The notes under the pieces are model-generated. The model had not been told where the DNA came from and ran no database searches. It was given only the letters and a program-made list of their open reading frames with translations. A program made the translations under genes and the position numbers. Positions 39,436-53,020 of a stretch of 64,000 nucleotides of DNA are shown piece after piece. Source of the DNA: Octopus sinensis (Eukaryota); NCBI RefSeq assembly GCF_006345805.1, contig NC_043006.1, positions 78,368,001-78,432,000 on the forward strand, written 5' to 3'. The number at the start of each line of letters is the position of its first letter. The stretch's first letter is position 1.

Positions 39436-42186
39436 CTTAGAATAACTTAGAAAGGTTTTGGCCAGTATTGGCCCAGGCCATGTCTAACTTAATAGCACCA
39501 CCTGGCGAAGCCTTTCAATTCAGGATTTGGGCACCAAGGCCCATTCGAGCAGAGAGTTATTATTTGCGGAGACATATCCGGGTGTAGGTGGTTTGTCCGG
39601 GACTGTTTGAAGGAATTTGTCCAAAGGCTTCTTGAATTTTGTGTGGTCAGTTTCTGTTTTGACGTGTCCTGGTGTAATGTTGAAAAGAGCGGGTCCAATT
39701 GAGGTGAAATAATTGTGCCGTATTGTTGTTATGAGATGCGATTTAGATTTTTGTTGTGGATGGATGGCACGGGGTCCAAGTCTTGGATGTATTTTGAAGG
39801 TGATACCAACATCATTTGGACAGTGCTGATGGAATATTTTCCACATCATACAGATAATGTAGCGTTCACGGCGTCGTTGGAGTGAATACAGTTTCAGCTT
39901 TTCCAGTCGACCCCAGTAGTCAAGGTCTGACATGCCATCTATCTTTTTCGTGATTGACCATTGGGGAGCTTCAACTTTCATAATATTCCGTTTCGTGTAG
40001 GGAGACCACAGTGGACAGCAGTATTCAAGGTGAGGTCAGGCAAAAGTGGAGAAGAGAAGGAGAATGGTGTGGGAATCTCTCGACTGGAAGGTTCTGAGAA
40101 TCCAGGAGCACATTCTGCGGGCCATGTCAACTTTGCTGCTTATATGTGTAGCCCAGCTTATGTTGTTGTCCACAGTTACTCCCAAGTCTCTGATGTTGTT
40201 AGACGCCATGAGAGTTTCACCAGAAGGAAAGGTGTATGGGAGTTTCAGAGCGTCCTCCCTTCCAAAGTGGATCAATTCGAATTTGTCTTCGTTTAGCAAC
40301 ATGTTGTTCTTTTCCGCCCATTGGACAACAGCCAGTAGGTCTGACTGAAGGTTTATCCGGTCATCCACGCCATTGATGACCTTCTGGAGCTTGGAATCAT
40401 CAGAGAAGATTCTGATGTTACTGTATTTGATGATGTCAGTGATGTCATTAATGTAGATGATGAAGAGAAGTGGGCCCAACACAGTGCCTTGTGGGACACC
40501 ACTACTGACTTTGGCTGGGCTGGATTTGACTCCTTCGACTACAACATGTTTGGTTCTGTTAGACAGGAAGCACTTGATCCACTGCAGCAGCTTTCCAGTG
40601 ACACCAATATTGGACAGCTTTCTCAAAAGGATCTTATGATCAACCCTGTCAAAGGCCTTGCTGAAATCAAGGTAGATAACATCAGTGTTGGAACCCTCTC
40701 CCAAGGCTCTCAAAATGTCATCGAAGTGATGCAGTAGCTGCGTCAGGCAATCCCTTCCATTACGGAATCCATGCTGGCTGGAGTTCAGCATATTATGACT
40801 CTCAAGGAAGTGAGTCATACGCGATCTCACCACTCTCTCAAATACCATAATGATATGAGAGGTGAGTGAGACTGGACGGTAATTCACGGCAAGGGATTTG
40901 TTTCCTTTTTTGAAAACTGGGACAACAGACTGGGATAGAAGGTTTTCTGGTATATATCCAGCATCCAGTGAGTTCCGCCACAGATTGGCTAGAGGGGGTG
41001 CAAGTTGGTGTTGACACATCTTCAAGACCCAAGCAGAGAACCTATCGGGCCCTACTGCTGAATTATGCTTCATTTCCTTTATTGGTGCTAAGACATCAGT
41101 AGCGCCAAAGGTTATGTCCGATAAATTGTATCGGGGAGTAACATCAGTGATACAGCGCAGATCAGCCATATCAGGATTGCTGAAAACAGAGCAGTATTGT
41201 TTCTGCAACATCTCTCCCATGGTTGGCATTGTCTTGAAGAGTACCATTTTCATCAATCAGAGGGCCAACAGTAGAGCCAGTAACTTTGTGTTTTTTTGCA
41301 AATGAGAAGAATACTTTGGGATTAAGTTTGATCTTCTCAATGACCCAGGCCTCTTCAGCTCTTCTCTGACTATTGATGATAAACATCATGTTGTTTTGGA
41401 GGTTATGTTTTTAATCTCTAGTGACGTGATGGCAATCAGGTTGGTATGTTGCTGTTGACAGTATTTCAGCTTGTTGATTTTTTTGTTAATTCTTTTAATT
41501 TTCCTGATGAGAGCTTTTCTATTTCTAGGGATTCTGCACTTAGATTTGTTTGCAGATCTTAATGGGGTGTGTTTTGCACATATGTTCGTAATGGTGTCTA
41601 CAAATGACTGCCAGGACTTTTTGATGTTTTTGATGTTAGTGGGTGTGTATGTGTGCGTGAAGGACCAATCGGCTTGTGCAAGATCATTACTGATCACTTC
41701 CCAGTTTGCGTTGTGGAAATCCATAGTGTCAAATGGATGGACAAGAGGGATGACGTTTGTTTAGCATTTTGGCCGGTGAAATCTCAGATCACAGAGAACC
41801 ATGTCATGGTCGGAGAGTAGGGTTTTCTCCACTGCAATATTGTGGATAGCATCAGTGTGATTGCTGAAAATTAAGTCTAGGACGTTTTTGTGACATCTCG
41901 TTGGTTCGACCACCAGTTGGGACAGGAAGAAATCATCCATGAAATCATGAAGCAATTCAACTGCCTCCCTGTCAGGGGTTGAGACAGAAGAACCTGGCGG
42001 CAGACTGTTTGTAGACCAGTCAACTCCAGGGAGATTGAAGTCCACCATCATTAAGATGTTGTCAGATTGATACTGCTGAATGAAACACTTTATGTTATTG
42101 AGGCATTCCTTGAAGCATGGTAGGAGCGTTTGGGGTGGTCTGTAGAGCCGAACTACTATTAAGTTGTTGGTTTGACTGAATACAGC
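39432..42186 (-). mobile_element. CR1/L2-group LINE, 5'-truncated, ORF2 broken by frameshifts
   Basis: Endonuclease C-half, then RT (NYRPVSLTS, QHGFR, YLDFSKAFDRVDH, GVPQGTVLGPLLF, IFSDD), C-terminal PGYVSANNNSLLEW, and a (CTAAGTTATT)-type tail. Confidence 0.95.
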
Positions 42187-43594
42187 GTATATTAAGCATA
42201 TGACTTAACTTTTAAAACAAAGTTCAACAAAGTCGATCATATGTTTCGTAAATGGAGGAGATTAGATGTTAATATGGATTGAAATTATTTTTATTCCGTT
42301 GCAATAGGATTGTTTCATACAGAAAGACAATAAATTCATTTTAAGAATCTGGGTTGTCAAAAAGTATTCGTCAGTAGCAAAAATTAAGGAAAACAAAAAA
42401 GCTAACAAAACGTTAGAATTACATGGGTATGGTGTTCGTAATGTGTAATTGTTCTTGGAGTCATGTCTATTTAAAACAAAACTAAAGGGTCTCAGTTGGG
42501 TGCTGTTATATATAAAAAATTAATAAGGGTTACATTCTTTCAATAGATAAGTATAAAGGAGGTGATTTTAAAATCCCATATATGAAGTAAAAAAAAATAG
42601 GAGGGTTGTATTTAATGGAAAAAGACTAACCAAATAAGGGAGTATGGAATTTTAAATACTGGGTACTAAATATTTATATTTAACCGTCAATAATCAATAC
42701 GGCTTAGATATCAGTTTTTAAAAATGTTTAATAGCAATTATGAATAGTTGGTGGTATATAAATTATAAATTTTACAATAACAATGTTTCATGTAAATAAT
42801 GTGTAAAATTTTTATAGAAGATAAGTGTAATATTACGGAATGTAGTTAAATTTGTAGAAGGATATTTTATAAGGTAGTTACTAAAAGACAGTTACTCTTT
42901 TACTCATTTTACTCTTTTACTTGTTTCAGTCATTTGACTGTGGCCATGCTGGAGCACTGCCTATAGTCGAGCAAATCGACCCCAGGACTTATTCTTTGTA
43001 AGCCAGGTACTTATTCTATCGTAACCGTTAAGTTACGAGGACGTAAACACACCAGCATCGGTTGTCAAGCGATGTTGGGAGGACGAACACAGACACACAA
43101 ACATGCACACACACACACATTTATATATATATATATATATATACACGACGGGCTTCTTTCAGTTTCCGTCTACCAAATACACTCACAAGGCTTTGGTCAG
43201 CCCGAGACTATAGTGCCACACAATGGGACTGAACCCGGAACCATGTGGCTGGTAAGCAAGCTACTTACCATACAGCCACTATATAATTTTTAAAAAATAA
43301 TAAATAAAAATATGAAGATGAGTGGGTATTTACTTACTTCATCCGCTACTGGAGCGTTATAGAAAAGTTATATGTATCGAAAGCCGTAGTAGATAATTTA
43401 AGAGAAAAGAAAAAGTTCAGAACTATGAATAGTGCAGGGGACATGACACTTAAGGGGGTGGATATTACTCATATTTATATTTCTTATGGCAAGAAGAAAA
43501 AATTAAAATTTAAGAGCATTGACATCATATGTGGATGGATGCGCACATACAAAAACATTGTGTAAACTTCTCAACCACACAGTCGTTCTTGCAC

Positions 43595-43639
<45 letters not shown>

Positions 43640-44053
43640 ATTTGCTGTAAAGGCAATTGAAAGATACACATAAATATAATTTGTAGAACTTTATACATAC
43701 TGGATTTCGGTTGAGCATTCTGTATCTAGTTCTGGAAATTGTATTTTGTAAACGACAGACTATGCTGATGATCTTGCAGATGTTTGCGTATCCATATACG
43801 TAAATATTAACAAGTGAAACTAATTAGTACATAGGTAATCGTTTTTAATTTCGTATATTTTCTTTTGAGTTGCTTATTTTTACACTTTGGTTTTTTGCTG
43901 AGTTTTTTCTTGAGAACACATTATTCGTGGAAAATAGCGATTTTGACGTCTATATCTAGGGTATAGGCTGTCCACTTTTAGTGTTCAGTCCTCTAAATTT
44001 TGTATATATATATATATATAATATATATATATATTTAAAGCAGCAAAAAATTC

Positions 44054-44107
44054 AACAAAATCTGTTACTCTGTGTTTCTCGTTGCCGTTCATCAGACAGT
44101 TTTTGTT
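44054..44107 (-). ncRNA. Hammerhead-like motif, inverted partner on the host-gene sense strand
   Basis: Reverse complement of the 44115-44168 motif with one substitution in stem III (ACACAGAGT). Confidence 0.6.
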
Positions 44108-44114
44108 AGATTCT

Positions 44115-44168
44115 AACAAAAACTGTCTGATGAACGGCAACGAGAAACTCAGAGTAACAGATTTTGTT
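44115..44168 (+). ncRNA. Minimal type I hammerhead-ribozyme-like motif
   Basis: Stem I AACAAAAACTGT/ACAGATTTTGTT; core CTGATGA 44127-44133; stem II CG-GCAA-CG; GAAA 44144-44147; palindromic stem III ACTC-A-GAGT; GUA triplet 44154-44156. Confidence 0.7.
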
Positions 44169-44266
44169 GAATTTTCTGCTGCTTTAAATAAAGCACATTA
44201 CTCTACCACTGGTATTTGAGTACTCTTTTTTTCCACCTTGTTTCACATTTATGTGTTTACTCCGGT

Positions 44267-44331
<65 letters not shown>

Positions 44332-44459
44332 CCACACCAACATACGCACATAGATTAATCAGTTATTCCACTAATAATTTTAAAAGAGCGAAAACGGAAG
44401 CACATTTGGATGGTTCATAACATTTTAACAAATTAGCAAAAAGAGCTCTAAAACCCTTG

Positions 44460-45100
44460 GCTTTTTGAGTCACAAAATCTTCAGACTATTGCATCCCACT
44501 GGGCATCATTCTCCAGACTTGAGCACAAATAAACCCATGCGTCATTTTCCAAACGACTGAAAATCTTTTGAATGCTGGAGTTTTTTTAATGAAAACGGAA
44601 GTCAGAAAAGCACCAGAAAGCTTCATTACTGATGATGCAATTTTCCTAGTTGGAACTGCATAACTTAATGGTGATTACTCTCCTACATTGAAGCCAAATT
44701 GTAACATGTGTATAAATCACGTTTTTCTAGAGAAGTTAATAATCAACGCCATTGAGGATTCAGGGTCTTGAATTGAACTTGAAACTTGTACATTATGGAG
44801 AGGAGTCGTAAAAAGAAGCATTCATATTGACTGACATGTACAGAATACACTTTTCCATTGGCACTTTCAATACATAGGTCAAGCTGGCCATGGAGAGAAA
44901 CACCATGTATTTTCGACTTCATTGCTTACTTCTATCTATAATCAGCTAGAATGTGATAGTAAACCAATATTCTTGAAAGGGATCTTACTGGTATAAGTTG
45001 AAAAAGTCTCTAAGTTTGGTATCCCTTTGATTTTTCCCTTAATGTGCAGCAGCTGCTTCAATGGACTAAAACCGCTTGTCTTCTTTCGAAGTACACTAGT
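44460..45100 (+). pseudogene. Possible MULE-type transposase relic
   Basis: One frame of about 200 codons with few stops: IPLGIIL...NAGVFLMK...APESFITDD...CINH. Resembles the MULE FxTDD...CxxH layout; weak. Confidence 0.3.
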
Positions 45101-45301
45101 GTATACATATTCTGATATTAAATTTAGAAATAAGAAATAAACTTTCTTAAAGGTTATGAAATGAAAATCTTCTTTAAAGGTTCAAATTAGACCAATTCCA
45201 AAACAATTCTTTGAAAAGTCATCGCCACCACGGCCATTCCTCTCTCTTGACATTTACTAAATAGCAAATATGAACCACAAGAACAAACATATACTACCTA
45301 C

Positions 45302-45458
45302 TTTCAAAGTCTGGCTGGTTTGAAGCATCAAAGGTCAGGAGGTCACGAGCTCTACCAAACTCAGGATGCATTATGTCGCGAACTTTATCCAGACTATCGA
45401 GCCGTGCTACATGAATACCGTTCCTTGAGGTTGTGTAATCTGTCCATATAAGGTAATC
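45302..45458 (-). CDS. LRP-like gene, exon 8
   Basis: DYLIWTDYTTSRNGIHVARLDSLDKVRDIMHPEFGRARDLLTFDASNQPDFE. Acceptor TTCATTATAG, donor A|GTAGGT; 157 nt, phase 0 to 1. Confidence 0.9.
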
Positions 45459-45902
45459 CTATAATGAAGGATACATGTGTTAATATATTCATATATACCT
45501 CACACACTTGCGATAAATGTCTTGAAATATAAGCCGGCGTGGGAGCATCGACACTATGCTTCGACTTGCGAGAAATAGTACTTAAATACTTCCCTTAAAA
45601 ATCAGAGCCTACTGTTTGCAAGAGGAGGAAGTAGTTCTTGGATATTGGTCTAATCGATTACAGCTGACCATAAGGCTAACCAGCAAAATTAATGTACAAT
45701 GAATTACTTTGACTTAGGCCAAAAATTATACCTATCAAGATATTAATCAATGGAGGGGCCAGTTTTCTTTACATATATCTGAGTGTTTAAGGAGAGGGAT
45801 GATGCAACGTGTATTTTCTCCTTAAAAACTTTTAAGGATACGCACGAGTTACTGGATCAAGCATCTATGTATGTATGTATGTATGTATAGATAGATAGAT
45901 AA

Positions 45903-45960
<58 letters not shown>

Positions 45961-45961
45961 G

Positions 45962-46000
<39 letters not shown>

Positions 46001-46129
46001 GTGTACATACATATACACACACACACACATACACAAACACACACACACATATATATGCATGCATAAATAAAAATACACATATAAACCTATATATGTGTTT
46101 ACATGCACACATATATATATGTATGTATG

Positions 46130-46225
<96 letters not shown>

Positions 46226-46422
46226 TATTGTGAGTATAAATAAATGTGCAACTGCTAGTGTTATTGTAACTGTATAGTTTTAAGTAACTTCTATGAATTA
46301 CGGAGCATATGTAAGAGAAATAATAATAGACACAAGTTTATATTGTATAGTTTCTACACGCGTTTTACCATTATGGGTCACAGTAATTGTGATACATACA
46401 TGAGCAATAAATCCTTATTTCT

Positions 46423-46810
46423 TACTAGCAGTATAGCCCGGCTTTGCTTGGGATTAAGTTAGGATTATTAAGCTAATGAAACTCTTTATTTCAAAGCAAA
46501 CTAACTAACATCGACATCAAATTTGAGTGAAATCCGTTGAAATTGGTAAACTTTGGCTGCAATTTTGCTGACAATTTGATTGGGAAATCCCATAAGGAAT
46601 CGGTTTCTCGATTTTTTCCACTCATCGATTGTTTTTTCCTTTTTTTTTTTCATGTAACCCCACTTTGCCCATGGGTTGAGAACCCTTCCAGCAATGAAAA
46701 TAGAACGCCCAAAAGGGCCCCCGATCTTCTGTGTGAAAAGCGGTTATGTTCAGATCACAACTAAGTTTATATATATGGGCAACACACACACACAAACATA
46801 TACGTACATA
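46423..46810 (+). mobile_element. HINE-like element, different internal body
   Basis: 5' end TACTAGCAGTATAGCCCGGCTTTGCTTGGG matches the 15791 terminus; ends in a (CA)n-like tract. Confidence 0.5.
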
Positions 46811-47662
46811 CACCTATTGCATACATGTTTTTGCACGCCTTTGCCCCTGCCACTGTCCCACCACCACCTCCTACCCTAGTAATACCATCAATTGAAGCAA
46901 ATTTGGCAACCGGAAGTAAGTTTTGTAACAGGAATAGAGAAGCCTACCTTCTCCCGCAAAGATGTGATAGTCATACCTATTTCTTTATTACCCACAAGGG
47001 ACTAAACATAGAGTGGACAAACAAGGACAAACATAGGTATTAAGTCGATTACATCAACCCCAGTGCGTAACTGGTACTTAATTTATCGACCCCGAAAGGA
47101 TGAAAGGTAAAGTCGACCTTGGCGGAATTTGAACTCACAACATAACGGCAGACGAAATACTGGTAAGCATTTCGCCCGGCGTGCTAACGTTTCTGCCAGC
47201 TCGCTCCTTTCGAAAACATGAACAGTTTTGAAACATTGTTTACAAAATAATGAGCGACATGCGTGCTAATTTGCAGATATGCATAAACTACAATCACGTA
47301 CACACACACACACATACACACATCTTGCTTTATATATATACAGATATATATAAAGCAACGCATCGTAAGTTACGACGACGTGGGGGTACATGTGATCTGA
47401 TGAACGAAACAGCCTTAACGTACTTCTTAGAAGGTGACAGGGCTGGCCCGTTGAAATGCAAGTACTTGCTGAAGGTGGTGTGGTGCTTCTGTGAAGGCGC
47501 GTGGCTTAATGGTTAGATATTCAGCTCGCAGTTCTAAGATCGTGAGCTCAATTCCCGGTGGTACTTTGTTTCTTTCAGCAATAACTTTATTTCACGTTGC
47601 TACTGTCCACTCAGTTCCCAAAAATGAGTAATACTGTATTTCAAAGGGCAAGCCTTGTAGTT

Positions 47663-47716
<54 letters not shown>

Positions 47717-48047
47717 TTGAATGGCACAACAATGCAGATTGGACTATAATAACTGTTATAATTTAATAATACATAGCCTGTTATAATATTTCGGAAATAT
47801 AAAAATTCCTTCTTCAGATATTGCTAGGAATTGATCGAGTCACTGCTATAATCGGTTCCCCAACTTCTATAAGGTGTAGCACAAAAAAACACAACAACGT
47901 GAAGACGTGGAACAAATATAGTATTATTGGACGCTCAGGAAAGAAGGAAAGAAGGAGGGTTTAACGTTTCGAGCGGAGCTCTTCGTCGGAAACATAGGAG
48001 AAGGAAAGATCCAGAGAAGGGAAGACAGAGGAAAAAAATCGCCAACG

Positions 48048-48149
<102 letters not shown>

Positions 48150-48244
48150 CCCCTGTATTACTGGGATTTCAAATTATCAAGCTATAAGGCCTTATTAGAA
48201 AAACTAACAATATAGTAAAACCACAAATTTTGAAATCCACTAAC

Positions 48245-48371
48245 CTGGAATATGCTGATGCCGTATATCGATCCTTGGATTCCACTATTCTTTGGAACCA
48301 AAACTGTAATAGTTTCTGTTGAGAAATTGTATTCTTTCACGTTTCCCAAAGCAGAATCGGCCCAGTATAAA
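48245..48371 (-). CDS. LRP-like gene, exon 7
   Basis: (I)LYWADSALGNVKEYNFSTETITVLVPKNSGIQGSIYGISIFQ. Acceptor TTGTTTCCAG, donor CAG|GTTAGT; 127 nt, phase 2 to 0. Confidence 0.92.
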
Positions 48372-48571
48372 CTGGAAACAATAAAAGAAGAAATATGTCA
48401 AGAAAAAGAAGATTAATGGATTTTATATTTCAAAACATATCTAATTATTCTTCGGATATATTTGTTGTAATGTTTTCACAACTTTTCAAGTCTCTTAGTC
48501 TGTCAATTACAGAAATGCTAATAATAAATACCTATTCAATTACTAATGTGTAATCACACACACACACACAC

Positions 48572-48652
<81 letters not shown>

Positions 48653-48699
48653 GCATATATACATATATAGATACATATATATCAATCAGGAAAAAAAAA

Positions 48700-49205
48700 T
48701 TATGGCATGATTGGACTTGATTATTGGGCTCGCCTTAAACAGCTGAAGTTCTATTCTCTGCAACGTCACCTTGAGCGATATATTATTTGGACCATGTGGA
48801 AAATATTCTACCAATATTATCCAAATGATATCGGCATTATGTTTACAGTTCACCCAAGACTAAGCTCCCGTGCAATGCGTCCTCTACAAAATGCAAGATC
48901 ACATCATATAAGAACATTGCGACACAATTTCTTCACTGCAAATGGTCCTGTACTTTTCAATGTTATCCCCAAAGAAATTAAAGTAGAAAATGACCTTACA
49001 ACTTTCAAACGGTACCTGGACAAATTCCTCTAGGAAATACCGGATAAACCACCTACACCTGGATACGTCACAACCAACAACAACTCTCTGCTTTAGTGGC
49101 CCATGGTATCCTGAATAATTAACTAAAAGACTTTTCCAGGTGGTGCTATTGAGTAAGTCATGGTCTGGGCCGATAATGGCCGAGACCAATCTAAGTCATC
49201 TAAGT
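48700..49205 (+). mobile_element. 3' fragment of a related LINE subfamily
   Basis: LDYWARLKQLKFYSLQRHLERYII...RHNFFTANGP is homologous to the 39520-39981 ORF; tail CTAAGTCATCTAAG. Confidence 0.85.
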
Positions 49206-49331
49206 TGTATTTGTATATATGTATATATACATATATGCATTATATATACATTTCTACATACATATATATCAATATATATATACAATGGTATAATTATATA
49301 TGTGCGTGTATGTAAGTATATGTATGTGTAT

Positions 49332-49375
<44 letters not shown>

Positions 49376-49627
49376 TGCGTGTCTGTGTGTTCACACATAC
49401 ACACACACACACACGTGTGTGTGTGTGTGTATGTGTGAATGTGTGTGAATGTGTGTATGTGTGTGTATGTGTGTGTATAATGAAAATATCAATATGTAGT
49501 TAATATTGTAATTTTGAATGTTTGTTAAAACAGATGTATGAATCGTGTTTGTTTCCGTAGTTGTTTGGGTCGGTCAACCGTTGGTAAGTCTATTTGTTGA
49601 CGGTTTATTTGTTTTAGGTCTACTTAC

Positions 49628-49762
49628 ATGTCTTTCATAAAGTCAATGTGGATGTGAGATGGAGAGCCAAGATCTTGGTTTGTTATCAATGACCGCCCTG
49701 AACCGTCAAGGTAAGACCATTCCACTTTAGGTTTCTTTCCAGCATCTGTCCAAAATAACTTG
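49628..49762 (-). CDS. LRP-like gene, exon 6
   Basis: (S)KLFWTDAGKKPKVEWSYLDGSGRSLITNQDLGSPSHIHIDFMKD. Acceptor TATTGCAG, donor AT|GTAAGT; 135 nt, phase 2-2. Confidence 0.93.
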
Positions 49763-50869
49763 CTGCAATATAGATCGATATGTAAAATAAATTGATGACT
49801 CATTCAACATGTAATGCATAACTATATTTCCTAAAAAGAATTTCTTCAAATAATATATTATATTAGAAACCAAGAGTTCGATAGGCCTTCCTACTCCATC
49901 TCATGAATGGAAACATAATTTCTGATTTTTACAGTTTCGATTTCTCGTCACTATCAAAGAGGTAAATAAACGATCAATGATCCAAGCTGCTTTCTTCTTG
50001 ATTCAGTCATCATTCGTGTGTTGGAGTTAACTCGTAATCATCTTCACTTCTCGCGGTTGGACCTTTAACGGAATTTATTCTGTTGCCAGCATTTCGTTCA
50101 GGTTTCTCTGCTGGGAATTGCTTCTTCCCCGCTCAGCAAAAGCAGAGCCAAAATTATTAGGTTTTAAATTCTTTCTTTCAAAAGTATAAAAATCTGTCAT
50201 CAAGACATTTCTTTAAATCTTAAACATTCTTTAATTGGGATCTAAAAGATATACGCTTGAATAATTTCTTTATGATGCCATATATGGACAAAAGCGTCTA
50301 CTTGTAGTGTGAAGTTTAAACAACCTACATAATATAATGACTTTAAAATAACTTTTCTGTATTATAGGCTGGGGGGAAACATGCTGAAGGGCTTCCGAAA
50401 CAGTTAAAACACAGAGAGAGAGAAAGATCTAGAAAGTGGCGAAGACACCCACGGACGAGATGGGGATGATAAAATAAGATTACAGATTAAATCTACCATT
50501 CAAGTAGGCCGCGACGAGATTTGAACTTAGGACCTGACCTGACGGAACAAATATTTCAATGCATCTCGTTCGACGCTCTAAGACCTATCTTCAATTTTGA
50601 AGAATGGTAAAATCGAAAACATCGAATTAATAGGAGTACTTGATTGTTATCTTATTCCTCGAGACTCCCAGAAACATGAAAAGCAAAAGTGAGCTAACAC
50701 GTTTAGATTTGAACTCACTATGTAAAGTAACTAAATAAAGACAATCACTTAAAAATGTAATGATACCTTGTTTCCTTTCACTTATTTTAAAGTCATTACA
50801 CTAATCTTATTCAGTAACTGCAAACTGTCTCTAATGGTGTTTACTGGTATGGATGTATGTCTCACTTAC

Positions 50870-51023
50870 CTTTTACCAGGGTGTACAGCAATTCCAATAG
50901 GATTCTCTAAATCCGAATCAATCAGAACCTGTTGGTACATGCCATCTGCTCGTGCCACATTTATAGTTCGATATAGGCTGTCAGTCCAGTAGAGGTTCGA
51001 TGAAATCCAGTCAAGAACAATGC
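50870..51023 (-). CDS. LRP-like gene, exon 5
   Basis: (G)[50 protein letters not shown], a canonical YWTD blade. Donor AG|GTAAGT; 154 nt, phase 1 to 2. Confidence 0.95.
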
Positions 51024-51036
51024 CTGTTACATGGAA

Positions 51037-51103
<67 letters not shown>

Positions 51104-52448
51104 GATGGAAGCACTCCGTCGGTTACGACGACGAGGGTTCCGGTTGATCCGAATCAACGGAACAGCCTGCTCGTGAAATTAACGTGTAAGTGGCTGAGCA
51201 CTCCACAGACACGTGTACCCTTAACGTAGTTCTCGGGAATATTCAGCGTGACACAGAGAGTGACAAGGCCGGCCCTTTGAAATACAGGTACAACAGAAAC
51301 AGGAAGTAAGAGTGAGAGAAAGTTGTGGTGAAAGAGTACAGCAGGGATCACCACCATCCCCTGCCGGAGCCTCGTGGAGCATTAGGTGTTTTCGCTCAAT
51401 AAACACTCACAACGCCCGGTCTGGGAATCGAAACCGCGAGTCCGCTGCCCTAACCACTGGGCCATTGCGTCTCCAATAATAATAATAGCCCTTTCTACTA
51501 TAAGCACACGGCCTAAAATTTGGTGAGAAGGGGCAAGACGACTATATTAACGCCAGTGCCCAAGTGGTACTGATTTCAACGACCACGAAAGGCAATGTCG
51601 ACGTTGGCGGAATTTTAACTCAGAACGTGTGGACGAATGGAATATTTCTAAGCATTTTGTCTGATATGCTACCTATTCTGCCAGCTCACCGCCTTCTTAA
51701 TGATGGTTTCAAAGTTGGGTACAAGGCCAGTAACTTCGGAGAAAGGGTAAGTCGATTACATCGAACCCACCGCTCAATTGGGACTTAATTTATCGACCTC
51801 GAAAAATGAAAGGCAAAGTCGCCCATGGCGGAATTTGGACGTAAGGACGGACGAAATACTGCTAAGCATTTTGTCCGGCATGCTAACCATTCTTCTAGCT
51901 CGCCACCTTTTTCATACTAGTAATTATTATCGTTTATGTGTAACCTATACAGAAGTTTTATAAACAGAGATAATTTACCTAAATTTCTGTAGGTTGTAGA
52001 GGTGATTAAAAATTTTAATCGATTTTCGAATATTAGGATTCTCATCAGAGGTGTCTAATAAAGTTGACCAATCTCAGAGAGACAAGCAGCCAGTCTGTTT
52101 ATATACTTAACAAGTACAGAAGCTACATAAAATAGGAGCTAATGGTTTGCATACCACGAGTGTTAACATTTAATTAAATATCAGGGGCCTTTCAACGGTG
52201 ATCTTAGTCCACACAGTATCAAGGTATGTATTTACTGCTTATGATTTTGATTCGCAATAAATGGAATCGCTCACCATCTAAGCTGACATTCGTCTTACAT
52301 GCAAATATGCAGTAATGTGCGTAGGCCATATTTTGAGGCCAGTTCACTGCAATCTCATTTCACGCTGCTTGTGATTTACGTTTAAAAATAATTCACTTTG
52401 CCTCAGTTCAATTTTATATACACACATACGCATATGAGAAACAACATG

Positions 52449-52854
52449 GGATCTTTTTGGTTTGAACGGCAGTTTTAAAAAATAATTTTAAACTTCGTAT
52501 ACTGATAGAATGTGTTTATAAAACATCTTTTTCCCTTGGCTTTATTGAGAAAATTCTATAGTTTGTAACATATTTGTTGTTGTTTTTTCCTTCAATTTCT
52601 GCAATTTCAACTAATCACTGACGTCTATGGGGGTAAAAAACATTCTGTGCCGTATGAATATGTCCCTCGTTTAAGAAACAGATTGGGTTTATTTACATTT
52701 GTGAAGAAAAAAAGATACCCTTCCCCGCCACCCCTAACCCTAACTAACCCTAAAACAGATTGAAATGCAATAGATCGATACTAGGGTCATAATTATGGGT
52801 GACAATTTCATATGACACCGCTAAAAAAAACTGCCGTTCAAACCGAAAAGATCC
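52449..52854 (+). mobile_element. Merlin-like MITE, copy 2
   Basis: Same TIRs; perfect 8-bp TSD ACAACATG at 52441-52448 and 52855-52862. Confidence 0.7.
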
Positions 52855-53020
52855 ACAACATGTTACTATCATATACCATGATTATGTTTGTAGGTACCTA
52901 AGAAATGAAGAAAAGTTTATGACTGAGTGGTGGAGAGCAGCAAAACTTTGACCACAACTTGGACTGTAACTGCAGGATTAAAGCTATTTCACCAAATAAA
53001 TAAAAGCGTAACATATTTAC

